Of a DNA stretch of 24,820 nt, positions 1-9,326 are shown piece after piece (the stretch's first letter is position 1; every line of letters starts with the position of its first letter). The translations under genes were made by a program, and so were the position numbers. The DNA lies in the NCBI GenBank assembly GCA_964658025.1, contig CAZZXB010000031.1, positions 1-24,820 on the forward strand, read 5' to 3'. This DNA comes from an uncultured Janthinobacterium sp. (GTDB lineage Bacteria > Vulcanimicrobiota > Vulcanimicrobiia > Vulcanimicrobiales > Vulcanimicrobiaceae). Below the pieces are notes generated by a model. The model saw only the letters and a list, made by a program, of their open reading frames with translations, was not told the origin of the DNA and searched no databases.

Positions 1-2
1 CG

Positions 3-119
3 GATGAAAATGTTCCTTCGAGCGCCGATCGCGTCGGCTCAATTCTTGAGAGAATTTGCGCGGATGTCGGCGGAGAATACGACGGATTCGAGCAACCGCT
101 ACCGCCCACGACTTTGTAG
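3..119 (+). CDS. Possible 3' end of a gene entering from the left edge (RraB/DUF695-like C-terminus)
   Basis: Frame 3 is open from the edge to TAG at 117-119 and reads DENVPSSADRVGSILERICADVGGEYDGFEQPLPPTTL. GGEYDGFE resembles the GGxYDGW end motif of RraB-like domains. Only 38 codons are visible. Confidence 0.3.
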   Translation, partial: DENVPSSADRVGSILERICADVGGEYDGFEQPLPPTTL

Positions 120-377
120 CAACATCTCGCGAGAGTTACGGGTGACGCAGCCGAAAAATGACGAGACCGAGCTAAATTTGACCTAATGCGATCTTTCTCA
201 AGTAACGCTTCAAACCGATGGCGTTGGCTTGCCAGCCTGATTTCTGCAACTTTTAAGATCCGGCAATTTGTAAACCGGACACGAACTTTCGTGTTCGCGC
301 TTGGAGGACACCCCGAAAACTGCGGCAGCGAACCACGATTTCGATCCGCCTAAACGGCCCGCACGACGGAGATTCCC

Positions 378-620
378 ATGGCCCGCAAACGGCACTTCCG
401 CGTATCGATCGCAAAGGTGCTGCGGCAAGCCGAATCCGGCAGCTCGATCGCTGACCTCGCGCGCAAGGCCGACATTCACGCAATACCGTTCGAATTTGAA
501 AAAAGGAAATTTGGGTCGCTGGGTACACCCGAGATCCGTGCGATAAATGAATCATGCGACGTGAACACGCGGCTTGGACGACTCGTCGCTGATCTCACGC
601 TCGATATAGTCTTGCTATAA
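378..620 (+). pseudogene. Degenerate IS3-family transposase OrfA remnant (HTH + leucine zipper), no OrfB
   Basis: MARKRH..IAKVLRQAESGSSIADLARKADIH...KRKFGSL....NTRLGRLVADLTLD follows the IS3/IS407 OrfA pattern (..ILKEAEAG..VAELCRKHGIS..TFY.WK.KYGG..EN.RLKRLVADL.LD) with decayed conserved residues. GGAG RBS upstream. No DDE OrfB follows. Confidence 0.75.
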
Positions 621-692
621 CCGTGGGTCGTCGTGCTCCGGCACGGTCGACGCTCCTCTAGCGAGCATTCCTCGCGTCGTGATGATGCGGAC

Positions 693-3014
693 GTGGACCG
701 CGCGCGAATCGTTGTTCCGGCGGCAGGCTTCGTGCTCGGCACGCTTGCCACTCGCTTCGATCCGTATTTCGTTGCGTTCGCTTACGTTGGAGCATGCGCG
801 ATCGCGTTCGTTACGCGTGCGCGGCTCGTCTCGATCGTCGCGCTGCTCGCGTTCGCGTGCGGCGTCGTCGACGCGTCGCTCCGCCATGCGCCGACGCCCG
901 TCGGCGATTCGCGCATCGTGCGATACGACGCGCGAGTCCTCGACGAGCGCGTCGTATCGCCGGACGCAGTCGCCGCGACGCTCCGCTTCACCGACGGAAG
1001 CCTCGGAACCGCGACGCTTCGGACGGCACCGCTCGCCGTGGGGACCGAACTCGTACTGCGCGGAAAACGCGAGCCGTTCGACCTAGCGCGCAATCCGGGC
1101 GAACCCGTGCCGCGCGAGATCGAGGCGGAGCGCGGACTCACCTGGCATCTCGCGCACGCGCGCATCGTCGCGACCGGTCGGCCGGACGAACGCGACGCGT
1201 CGTTCTGGATTGCACGCGCGCGAGCGTGGGCGTCGGAACGCGTACACGCGCGACTCGGCGAGCCCGATGCCACGATCCTCACGGGGATTCTCTGGGGCGA
1301 ACGCGGCTCGCTCGCGCCCGCGTTACGCGACGAATTCCAGGATACGGGAACGGTGCACGTGCTCGTCACCGCGGGTCTGCATCTCGGGGTCGTCGCGGCA
1401 ATGGCCTACGGGCTCTTCGCGCTCCTCGGGTGCGGCCGCGCGACGGCCTCGCTCGCGACGATCGGCGTCGCGTGGGGATACGCGTTCGCAAGCGGCTCGC
1501 ATCTGCCGTCGATGCGTGCCGCGACGATGCTCTCGTTCGCGTTACTCGCACGCGCGACGGGGCGCGCGTCGTATTCGTGGAACGCGCTCGCAGCCGCGGC
1601 GATCGTCGTCGCGGCGCTCCGTCCCGATAGCGTCGGATCGCTTTCGTTCGATCTCTCGTTTTCGTGCGTCGCCGCGATCTTCGCGTTCGCGACGCCGCTC
1701 GCGGAGCTCGCCGAACGGATCGGGATACCGGATTGGTTGCGCGCGCCCTTCGGCGTGGCGCTCGCGACGCAACTCGGCACGTGGCCGCTCACGGCGTACG
1801 CGTTTCTCGTCATCGCGCCGTATGCGCCGCTCGCGAACGCGGTCGTGATCCCGCTCGTCGGCGTGGCGATGCTCGGCGGGTTCGCGCTGCTCGCCGCGAC
1901 CCCGCTGCCGTGGCTCGCCGCACTCGTGGCGAACGTCGAACGGACCGTCCTCGATGCGATGCTCGGCGTCGTCGCGTGGGTCGGCGGCCTACCGTTCGCA
2001 CATATCGTCGCGACGCCGCCGCCGATCTGGACGATCGTCGCGTACGACGTCGCGCTCGTTCTTGCGGCGATCGCACTGCGACGCGAACGCATGCGGATCG
2101 CGGCGATCGCGATCGCATGCGCTTCGGCTCTCTGCCTGTGGCCGCCGCGTGCGACCGATCGCACGCTCCGCATCACGGCGATCGACGTCGGCCAGGCCGA
2201 CGCGCTCCTCGTGCAAACGCCGAACGGCCATACCTTTCTCGTCGACGGCGGCGGACGACTCGAACGTGGCGGTGCAGCGGGCTCACCGTCGACGGCGGAA
2301 GACGTCGGCACGCGAACCGTCGTCCCGTTTTTGATTCGATCCGGAATCCATCGACTCGACGAGATCCTTTTATCGCATCCACATGGAGACCACGTCGGTG
2401 GTTTTGCCCCGGTGCTTCGCACGTTAACGGTTAGCGGATTCGCCGACGGCGGCCGAAGGTACCCGGGTCGCGCCTACCGCGACGCACTCGATGTCGCGCG
2501 CGAGCGCGGCGTTCCGATGCTCGAGCCGCGGACGGGCTCCATCTGGCGCACGGACGACGGGGTGACGTTCCGCTTCTACGGACCGAGCGTCCCGTACCTC
2601 GCGGGCACGCGCAACGACATCAACGAGAACTCGATCGTCTTCCGCCTCGAGTACGGCGACTTTCGCATGCTGTTCACGGGCGACGCCGGCGCCGCGACGG
2701 AAGCGCGCTTACTCGCATCGGGTGTCGATCTGCACGCCAACGTCCTCAAGGTCGGTCATCACGGCAGCGCCTACGGCACGAGCGAGGCCTTCGTGCGCGC
2801 GGTCGCGCCGCGCGACGCGATCGTCTCGGTCGGTCGCGACAACCTCTTCGGCCATCCGTCACCGACGACCATCGCGACGCTCGAGCGGGCCCACGTCCGC
2901 GTCTACCGGACCGATCGCGACGGCGCGATCGCGGTCCGCGCGACGGAACGCGACTATCGCGTGACGCCGTTCCTCACGACCGACGCCACCCCGCTTCGGC
3001 CGATTTCGCCATAA
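693..3014 (+). CDS. comEC: DNA internalization competence protein ComEC/Rec2 (OB/DUF4131 + Competence + metallo-beta-lactamase domains)
   Basis: RNPGE; FQDTGTVHVLVTAGLH; SMRA; FDLSF; IDVGQADA; SHPHGDH (HxHxDH); NENS; FTGD; LKVGHHGS; N.FGHP. The ORF is open from 633; GTG at 693 is the likelier start. Confidence 0.95.
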   Translation: MDRARIVVPAAGFVLGTLATRFDPYFVAFAYVGACAIAFVTRARLVSIVALLAFACGVVDASLRHAPTPVGDSRIVRYDARVLDERVVSPDAVAATLRFTDGSLGTATLRTAPLAVGTELVLRGKREPFDLARNPGEPVPREIEAERGLTWHLAHARIVATGRPDERDASFWIARARAWASERVHARLGEPDATILTGILWGERGSLAPALRDEFQDTGTVHVLVTAGLHLGVVAAMAYGLFALLGCGRATASLATIGVAWGYAFASGSHLPSMRAATMLSFALLARATGRASYSWNALAAAAIVVAALRPDSVGSLSFDLSFSCVAAIFAFATPLAELAERIGIPDWLRAPFGVALATQLGTWPLTAYAFLVIAPYAPLANAVVIPLVGVAMLGGFALLAATPLPWLAALVANVERTVLDAMLGVVAWVGGLPFAHIVATPPPIWTIVAYDVALVLAAIALRRERMRIAAIAIACASALCLWPPRATDRTLRITAIDVGQADALLVQTPNGHTFLVDGGGRLERGGAAGSPSTAEDVGTRTVVPFLIRSGIHRLDEILLSHPHGDHVGGFAPVLRTLTVSGFADGGRRYPGRAYRDALDVARERGVPMLEPRTGSIWRTDDGVTFRFYGPSVPYLAGTRNDINENSIVFRLEYGDFRMLFTGDAGAATEARLLASGVDLHANVLKVGHHGSAYGTSEAFVRAVAPRDAIVSVGRDNLFGHPSPTTIATLERAHVRVYRTDRDGAIAVRATERDYRVTPFLTTDATPLRPISP

Positions 3015-3396
3015 TCGGCGCCGAAGACGCCCCGTCGGCGACGCGAAGCGCTAGGATAAGAGACTCGGTGCGAAGCGCCTTAGGCCGTTTCTTCTTCGAA
3101 GCCGAAGGCGACTCGCTCGACAACAACGTTGCACGCGTTCGAGGCGGCTTCGTCGCCGTCGTCGGTGGCTTAGCCGATGCGGTGTATTGGCCCGTGCGAC
3201 CGAGCGGATGCCGGTAACCGCAAAGTAATCGGTAATCAAAATCGACGCTCAACGAAAAGCAGTGCATGAGACTGAGTCCTCGAACGAGAGGCTAACGTGA
3301 CGGCGCGAGGCGGTACGGCGGCGTATCCGCGCGCCGAACTCGGGCCGTCGTCGCCCGCCACAGCGAACTACCAGCATCCGCCGATACGATACGATC

Positions 3397-3921
3397 ATGT
3401 CGTCCGCCGCCCGTTCCGTCGTCGTCGGTAAGCGCCGTTCCGCCGTTTCCGCGACCGCGTTGCGACTCGCGCACTCCTACGTGAGCGCGTTCATCGCGCC
3501 GACGATTCTCTTTTTCGCGATCAGCGGCTCGCTCCAAGTGTTCGGCCTTCACGAGCCGCACGGATCGACCAAGCCGAACGCGGTGATCTCGGCGATGGCG
3601 CGGCTCCACAAAGATCAGAGCCTCGCGCCCGAACCGGAGCGCGGCCCGGGGACGGGCGGCCCGCCGGGCGATCGGCTTCCGCCGGGAGCGCCGGAGAATT
3701 TCGCCGTGCCGGGAGGCGCGAACGCTCGGCCCCCGGAGCGGCCCCCGCCGACGCCGGCCGCGCTCGTCCTCAAAGGCCTCGTCGTGTTCGAAGCGCTGGC
3801 GCTCGTGTTCGCGACGCTCCTCGGCATCTGGATCGGCGTCACGCATCCCAAGCGTGCGCGCGCGTTCCGAATCGTCCTCGTCGCGGGAACGCTCCTCCCC
3901 GTCGCGTTGATCGTTCTGTAA
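3397..3921 (+). CDS. PepSY-associated TM-helix-type membrane protein with a Pro/Gly-rich loop
   Basis: LRLAHSYVSAFIAPTILFFAISG (PepSY-TM first helix), ARLHK motif, and two C-terminal hydrophobic helices (ATLLGIWIG; LVAGTLLPVALIVL). Confidence 0.7.
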   Translation: MSSAARSVVVGKRRSAVSATALRLAHSYVSAFIAPTILFFAISGSLQVFGLHEPHGSTKPNAVISAMARLHKDQSLAPEPERGPGTGGPPGDRLPPGAPENFAVPGGANARPPERPPPTPAALVLKGLVVFEALALVFATLLGIWIGVTHPKRARAFRIVLVAGTLLPVALIVL

Positions 3922-4127
3922 CCGCTAACGGGACGTATCGGGCGGTCGTCGCGGCCACGCCGCACGCGGCGCGAATCCGTCGCGGCCCGCCCGCACCCCG
4001 CGTCCGTGCGAAGGCGGCACGACCCGCATTCGATGACGCACGTCACGTTTTCGGGCGCGCGTGCGACGCGCTCGCGTCACACTTCGGTCGATTAGCGTTT
4101 GGCCTAACGTCCGGCATGTCGCAACGC

Positions 4128-4158
4128 CGAAAATCCATCCATATGGATATCGTTTTCG
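4128..4158. promoter_or_regulatory. AT-rich dyad, candidate operator upstream of the kinase-GGDEF gene
   Basis: Perfect 12-bp palindrome ATCCATATGGAT (4137-4148) flanked by CGAAAA (4128-4133) and TTTTCG (4153-4158). Confidence 0.35.
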
Positions 4159-4248
4159 TCTCCGCGCATGCGACGGCCGCTTCCGTCGCGGTCGCCTGAC
4201 GACCGCCGCGCGCGGCGCGGCGCATTCCCGCGCGCGCGGAGTTTCGGC

Positions 4249-7200
4249 GTGACGCCGTCCGAGCAGTCGGTCGCGGCCCGGTCGGGCGTGATCGAAGCGC
4301 GGCCGAGCGCGGCCCGCGCGGAGGAAACGACGATCGGCGACGTCGTGCTCTCCGTGACGGATCGCACGCGCGTCTTCCGTCGCTCCGGCACGCACGGAAC
4401 GATGATCGTGAAGCAGGCGCTCGGCAGCGGCGGCGCGTCGCGCGCGCGCCACGAAGTCGAGATCCTCGACGTCCTCGCCGACGTTCCCGGCATCTCGAAA
4501 ACGCTGACCGATCGTCACGGATACGAATTCGCGGCCGATTCGATCGCGCTTCGGGACGATCGCGGAACGCCGCTCTCGACCGTCATCCTCGGCGCGAAGT
4601 TGGACGTCGGAGAACAACTCGTCCTCGCGTCGCGCTTGGCGAAAACGCTCGATGCGATCCATCGGCTCGGCGTCGTCCATCGCGATATCAATCCCGGTAA
4701 CATCCTCCTCGTCGAAGGGACGATGGAACCGATCCTCATCGATTTCCATCTCGCGAGTCGCTCCGCCGAAGAACGCGCGGCCTTCGCTCCGCAAGACAAG
4801 CTCGTCGGGACCCTCGCCTACATCGCACCCGAGCAAACCGGCCGCACGGCGCGTCCGATCGACGAGCGCGCCGACTTGTATTCGCTCGGCGCGACGCTCT
4901 ACGAGGTCGCGACCGGCCGCACGCCGTTCGGCTCCGGCGACGCGCTCGACGTCGTGCGCGATCATCTCCTGCGCATCCCCGTCGCACCTGCGGTCGAAGA
5001 TCCGACGATCCCGCCGGCGTTTTCCGACATGATCATGCGACTGCTCGAGAAGGAACCGGATCGTCGGTATCAGAGCGCGCACGGATTCGCGATCGACGTC
5101 GGACGGCTCATCGATCGTCGCGCGAGCGGATCCGACGCGCCCTTCCCGCTCGGCGAACGCGATTTTCCGTTACGACTGATGCCGCCTTCGCGACTCGTCG
5201 GGCGCGATCGCGAGCTCGCGGAGCTCCGCGCGGCTTTCGACGACGCGATGACGGGCGAAAAGAACGCATTGCTCGTCGCGGGTGCTCCCGGCGTCGGGAA
5301 GACCGCGCTCATCGACGAGTTGCGCACGATGGCGAGCGCGGACGGCGGTTTTTTCGTCACGGGAAAATTCGACCAATATCGCCGCGACGGCGAGGGCAAT
5401 GCGGTCAATCGCGCGTTTCGCGACCTGCTGGCGCTCTTACTCGCCGAGCCCGAAGAAGCCATCGCACCGTTGCGCGAAAAGATCGTCGCGGCGCTCGGCG
5501 ATCGCCTCGACGTCGCGATCTCGCGCGTTCCGGAATTCGGCGCCCTCCTCGGCGCCGCGGCGAACCCGACCTCGCTCGCCGAAGATTCCGCGGCGAAGCT
5601 CGCGCAGATCACGGTCTCGTTATTGCGCATCATCGCCTCGGGATTGCGACCCGTCGTGTTCGTCGTCGACGACCTGCAATGGGCCTCGGAGACCGCCCTC
5701 GATATCTTCGATATCGCGATCAACGAAGATCCGACGCCGGGCCTACTCGTCGTCGGCGCGTATCGCGCTTCGGAGGTAACCGAAACGCATGCACTCTTCG
5801 GTATCCTCGAGCGCTCGAAATGGGCGGACCGCGCTCCGCGCCGCTTGGCCTTGGCCGAGCTTCCGACGAACGATCTCGCGACGCTGATCGCCGGAATGCT
5901 CCGCCTCTCACCGCAGCGCGCGGCCGAACTCGCGGCGGTCGTCGGCGCCCGAACGAAGGGCAACCCCTACGACACGGTCGAGCTCGTCAACACCCTCCGC
6001 AACGACGGCGCGCTCGTGCCCGGCGAGCACGGCTGGACGTGGGACGCGACGAACATCCTCACGCACGTCGGTCACGGAAACGTCGTCGATCTCCTGAGCG
6101 CGCGCATCGCCGCGCTCCCACCGCCGAGCGCGCGGCTCCTCGAAACGATCGCGTGCATCGGCAACGACGTGCCGATCGAACTCGTCGCCGCGGCGACCGG
6201 CCTCCCGGCGGCCACACTCGAACGACGCATCGCACCGGCGCTCGCAGACGGTCTCGTCGTGCGAACGCAGGGTTCGGTCGATTCGGTTCGCTTCCGGCAC
6301 GATCGCGTGCAACAGGCCGCACACGGGCGACTCGAACCGGACGTCCGTCGGCGCATCCATCTCGAAATCGCGAATCGTCTCGCGACCGTCCGGCGCTATC
6401 GCGTCGTCGCCGCAGAGCAATATCACGCGGCGATCGAAGAGATCGCGGGCGATCGCGAGACGGAACGGGCGATCGCACTCTTCGAACACGCGGCGGCGCA
6501 CTCGAGTATCCTCGCAAACTACGACGCGGCGGAGCGGTTCGCGACTGCGGCACTCTCGCTCGCACGACGTCACCCAACGTCGAACGAAACGCTCATCGCG
6601 AAACTCGAAATTCAACTCCACCGAGCGCTCTACAACCTCGGTCGCCTCGCCGAAGCCGACACCGTTTTCGCCACGATCGACGCGCGTCCCGAATTCGCCG
6701 TCGCGGCCGTGGACGCGCGCGCGCTCCAGATCGACAGCCTCATCAAGCGAAACATGTCGAGAGCCGCGCTCGACCTCGGCTTGCGATGTTTGCGCGAACA
6801 CGGCGTCGCGTATCCGAATCCGGAAGACCTGCGGGCGTCCATCCTGACGCGTTCGGCACGAATCGCGCGTTGGAACGCGGACGAAGCGGGTCGGCACGCC
6901 GACGAGTACCGCCCGGAACCGACCGATTGCGACATCGTCGCGGCGGCGAAATTACTCTCCCACATCGCGCCCGCCGCTTTCTTGTGCGATCACGACGCGC
7001 TCGCCTGGATCGAGGTCACGAGTCTCGATCTCTGGACGGACCACGGACCGCAGCGCGCGCTGACCGGCGCGATCGCGCACGTCGCCTTCGTCGAAGACAG
7101 CGCCTACCTTCCCGCGTATCGCGCGACCATGCGGATCCTCGCCGCTTGCGAAGCGCGCGGATACGGCCCGGAGACCGCGCACGCGCGCTTTCTCTTCGGT

Positions 7201-9255
7201 CACTCCATCCAGCAGTACTACGAACCGTTCGAAGCCTGCATGACGCAGCTTCGCCTGGCGTACGAAGGCCTGCTCCGCGGCGGCGATCTCCAGACGGCGT
7301 CGACGACGTTCTTCGGAACGATCGCTTTGCTCGTCACGAACTCGAGTACGATCGACGAGTTCTCGCTCGAAGTCGATGCGGCGATTTCGTTCTGCATCCG
7401 GACGGGGAACGATCAAGCACGGCAATCGTTCGCCCCGTTCCGTCAGCTCGCGAAGTTCCTCCGCGGTTCGATGGCGTCGCCGACCGACTTCGGCGACGCC
7501 GATTTTAACGCTTCTTCGTACGAGACGACGGCGAACGAACATGCGAAGGGCTATTTCGCGATCGCGCGCGCGCTCGGCGCGGCGGTCTACGGCGACGAAC
7601 CGAATCTCGTCGAATTCGCCGAACGCGCGATGCGACGCGTCGAGCAGTTCGGCGGAGGGCTCACGCCCGTCGCGTATTTTCTCCACGCGTTCGGGCTCGC
7701 CGTCGGGCTTCGCGACGCGCGGCCCGACGCGCGCGCGCGCGCGCTACGAGAATTCGCCACCTGCCGGGCATGGCTCGTCCGGCGAGCGGACGACAATCCC
7801 GAGCCGTTCCTGCACTTCGTGAAGCGCATCGATGCCGAACGCGCGTGGGCGGTCGGCGATTTCGATGCCGCCTTCGAAGCTTTCGAGGCCGCCCTGCGCG
7901 AAACGCGGATCAAACGATCGCCCCGACACGCCGCGCACGCGGCGGAGCGCGCCGGTCTTTTCTACATCGAGCGCGGACTCCACCACTGCGGTCGCGTCTT
8001 ACTCGCCGAGGCACGGGAGGCGTACGCCGCATGGGGCGCCGTCGGCAAAGTACGGCAGTTGGACAAACTCCATCCGTTTCTCGCCGACATGCTCCCGACG
8101 CGACGCGACCGCGGCTCGTCGAACGCGATGTCCTCCGAACACATCGACATGGTCGCGATCGTCCGCGCGTCGCAGGCGCTGAGTTCGCAAACGACCATCG
8201 CGTCGCTCGAAGCGTGCGTCGGGACGCTTCTAGCCTCGTTGACCGGAGCGACGTCCGTGCGCCTCGCGATCGCGCGCGACGGAGGCGATTCGTGGGTCGT
8301 CTCCGCGCCCGGCGAGGGCGACGCGACGACGACCCTTTCGATCGCCGAAGCCGCGCGCCGCGGGCTCGTACCGCTGGGCGCCTTCCGTTACGTCGAACGG
8401 ACGAGCAAACCGTTACTCGTGGAAGACGCGGTCTCCGACGCGCGGTTCTCCCGCGATCCGTACTTCTCCGATTGCGAACGATGCTCGCTCCTCGTCGTCC
8501 CGATCGTGAGTCAGGGGACGCTCCGGGCGATCGTGCTCCTGGAGAACCGATTGGGGAGCGGCGCGTTTTCCGCGAGCCGCCTCGACGCCGTGACGCTGAT
8601 TGCGGGACAACTCGCGGTATCGATCGACAACGCCCTGCTCTACGCCTCGCTCGAACGAAAGGTCGCGGAACGCACGGACGCGCTCACCGAGCTCAACAGT
8701 AAGCTCGCGTTATTGAGCGAGACCGATCCCCTCACCGGACTCGCCAACCGACGGAGTTTCGACGATCATTACGCCGCCCTCTGGTCCCGCTCGCTCGGCG
8801 AGCGCCGATCGATCGCGCTCGCCATGATCGACATCGACGAATTCAAAAAATACAACGATACGTACGGCCATCCGGCGGGAGACGCGTGCCTGCGACTCGT
8901 GGCGAAAACCCTCATGGCGGGCATCCGCCCCGCCTCGGATCTCGCCGCACGGTACGGCGGCGAGGAATTTCTCATCGTGCTCACCGACACGGACGTCGCG
9001 GGAATCAACGCCGTCGCCGAGCGGATCCGTGCCTCGATCGCCTCGCTCCAAGAACCGCACGCGAGCTCGGCGCACGGGATCGTCACGATCAGCGTCGGCG
9101 TCGTGGCCTTCACGCCGTCCAAAAAATTCGACCCGCAACACTACGTGAAAGCGGCCGACCTCGCACTCTACGAGGCGAAGCACGCCGGCCGGAACTGCGT
9201 CGCCGAGGCGACGGAGTTCGCGGAGACCGAGGCGGGTCCCGAAGCGGTCGTCTAA
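4249..9255 (+). CDS. Multidomain Ser/Thr-kinase-like / AAA-ATPase / helical repeat / GAF / GGDEF diguanylate cyclase (HstK-like architecture with GGDEF output)
   Basis: Kinase motifs IVK, RHE, HRDINPGN, DFH, GTLAYIAPEQTGR, DLYSLG. Walker A GAPGVGKT (5281-5304), Walker B VFVVDDLQWA, GNP, F.HDRVQQAA. GAF region (DARFSRDPY, SLLVVPI, LEN, QLAVSIDNA). GGDEF region TDPLTGLANRR, DIDEFKKYNDTYGHPAGD, RYGGEEF, ALYEAKHAGRN. The ORF is open from ATG 4168; GTG 4249 has a GGAG RBS. Confidence 0.92.
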   Translation: MTPSEQSVAARSGVIEARPSAARAEETTIGDVVLSVTDRTRVFRRSGTHGTMIVKQALGSGGASRARHEVEILDVLADVPGISKTLTDRHGYEFAADSIALRDDRGTPLSTVILGAKLDVGEQLVLASRLAKTLDAIHRLGVVHRDINPGNILLVEGTMEPILIDFHLASRSAEERAAFAPQDKLVGTLAYIAPEQTGRTARPIDERADLYSLGATLYEVATGRTPFGSGDALDVVRDHLLRIPVAPAVEDPTIPPAFSDMIMRLLEKEPDRRYQSAHGFAIDVGRLIDRRASGSDAPFPLGERDFPLRLMPPSRLVGRDRELAELRAAFDDAMTGEKNALLVAGAPGVGKTALIDELRTMASADGGFFVTGKFDQYRRDGEGNAVNRAFRDLLALLLAEPEEAIAPLREKIVAALGDRLDVAISRVPEFGALLGAAANPTSLAEDSAAKLAQITVSLLRIIASGLRPVVFVVDDLQWASETALDIFDIAINEDPTPGLLVVGAYRASEVTETHALFGILERSKWADRAPRRLALAELPTNDLATLIAGMLRLSPQRAAELAAVVGARTKGNPYDTVELVNTLRNDGALVPGEHGWTWDATNILTHVGHGNVVDLLSARIAALPPPSARLLETIACIGNDVPIELVAAATGLPAATLERRIAPALADGLVVRTQGSVDSVRFRHDRVQQAAHGRLEPDVRRRIHLEIANRLATVRRYRVVAAEQYHAAIEEIAGDRETERAIALFEHAAAHSSILANYDAAERFATAALSLARRHPTSNETLIAKLEIQLHRALYNLGRLAEADTVFATIDARPEFAVAAVDARALQIDSLIKRNMSRAALDLGLRCLREHGVAYPNPEDLRASILTRSARIARWNADEAGRHADEYRPEPTDCDIVAAAKLLSHIAPAAFLCDHDALAWIEVTSLDLWTDHGPQRALTGAIAHVAFVEDSAYLPAYRATMRILAACEARGYGPETAHARFLFGHSIQQYYEPFEACMTQLRLAYEGLLRGGDLQTASTTFFGTIALLVTNSSTIDEFSLEVDAAISFCIRTGNDQARQSFAPFRQLAKFLRGSMASPTDFGDADFNASSYETTANEHAKGYFAIARALGAAVYGDEPNLVEFAERAMRRVEQFGGGLTPVAYFLHAFGLAVGLRDARPDARARALREFATCRAWLVRRADDNPEPFLHFVKRIDAERAWAVGDFDAAFEAFEAALRETRIKRSPRHAAHAAERAGLFYIERGLHHCGRVLLAEAREAYAAWGAVGKVRQLDKLHPFLADMLPTRRDRGSSNAMSSEHIDMVAIVRASQALSSQTTIASLEACVGTLLASLTGATSVRLAIARDGGDSWVVSAPGEGDATTTLSIAEAARRGLVPLGAFRYVERTSKPLLVEDAVSDARFSRDPYFSDCERCSLLVVPIVSQGTLRAIVLLENRLGSGAFSASRLDAVTLIAGQLAVSIDNALLYASLERKVAERTDALTELNSKLALLSETDPLTGLANRRSFDDHYAALWSRSLGERRSIALAMIDIDEFKKYNDTYGHPAGDACLRLVAKTLMAGIRPASDLAARYGGEEFLIVLTDTDVAGINAVAERIRASIASLQEPHASSAHGIVTISVGVVAFTPSKKFDPQHYVKAADLALYEAKHAGRNCVAEATEFAETEAGPEAVV

Positions 9256-9326
9256 GGGACGCGAGCGTGCGGCGCCGGCCGGGATCGCGACGGGCCGGAG
9301 CGTCGCGAGTGACGAAAGTCGCACCG

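Noticed and set aside
2974..3267. Short - strand ORFs after comEC as possible rpsT or small proteins
   Set aside because: No S20 motifs, no clear RBS and atypical codon usage.
4249..9255. Interpretation as an Avs/STAND anti-phage defence protein
   Set aside because: The GAF-GGDEF output and HstK-like motifs indicate signalling; no nuclease/TIR/SIR2 effector and no defence-island context.
8886..9308. N-terminal extension of the FIST ORF in the ORF track
   Set aside because: Overlaps the GGDEF domain in another frame and is Arg-rich junk; FIST similarity starts at MEPIRR.
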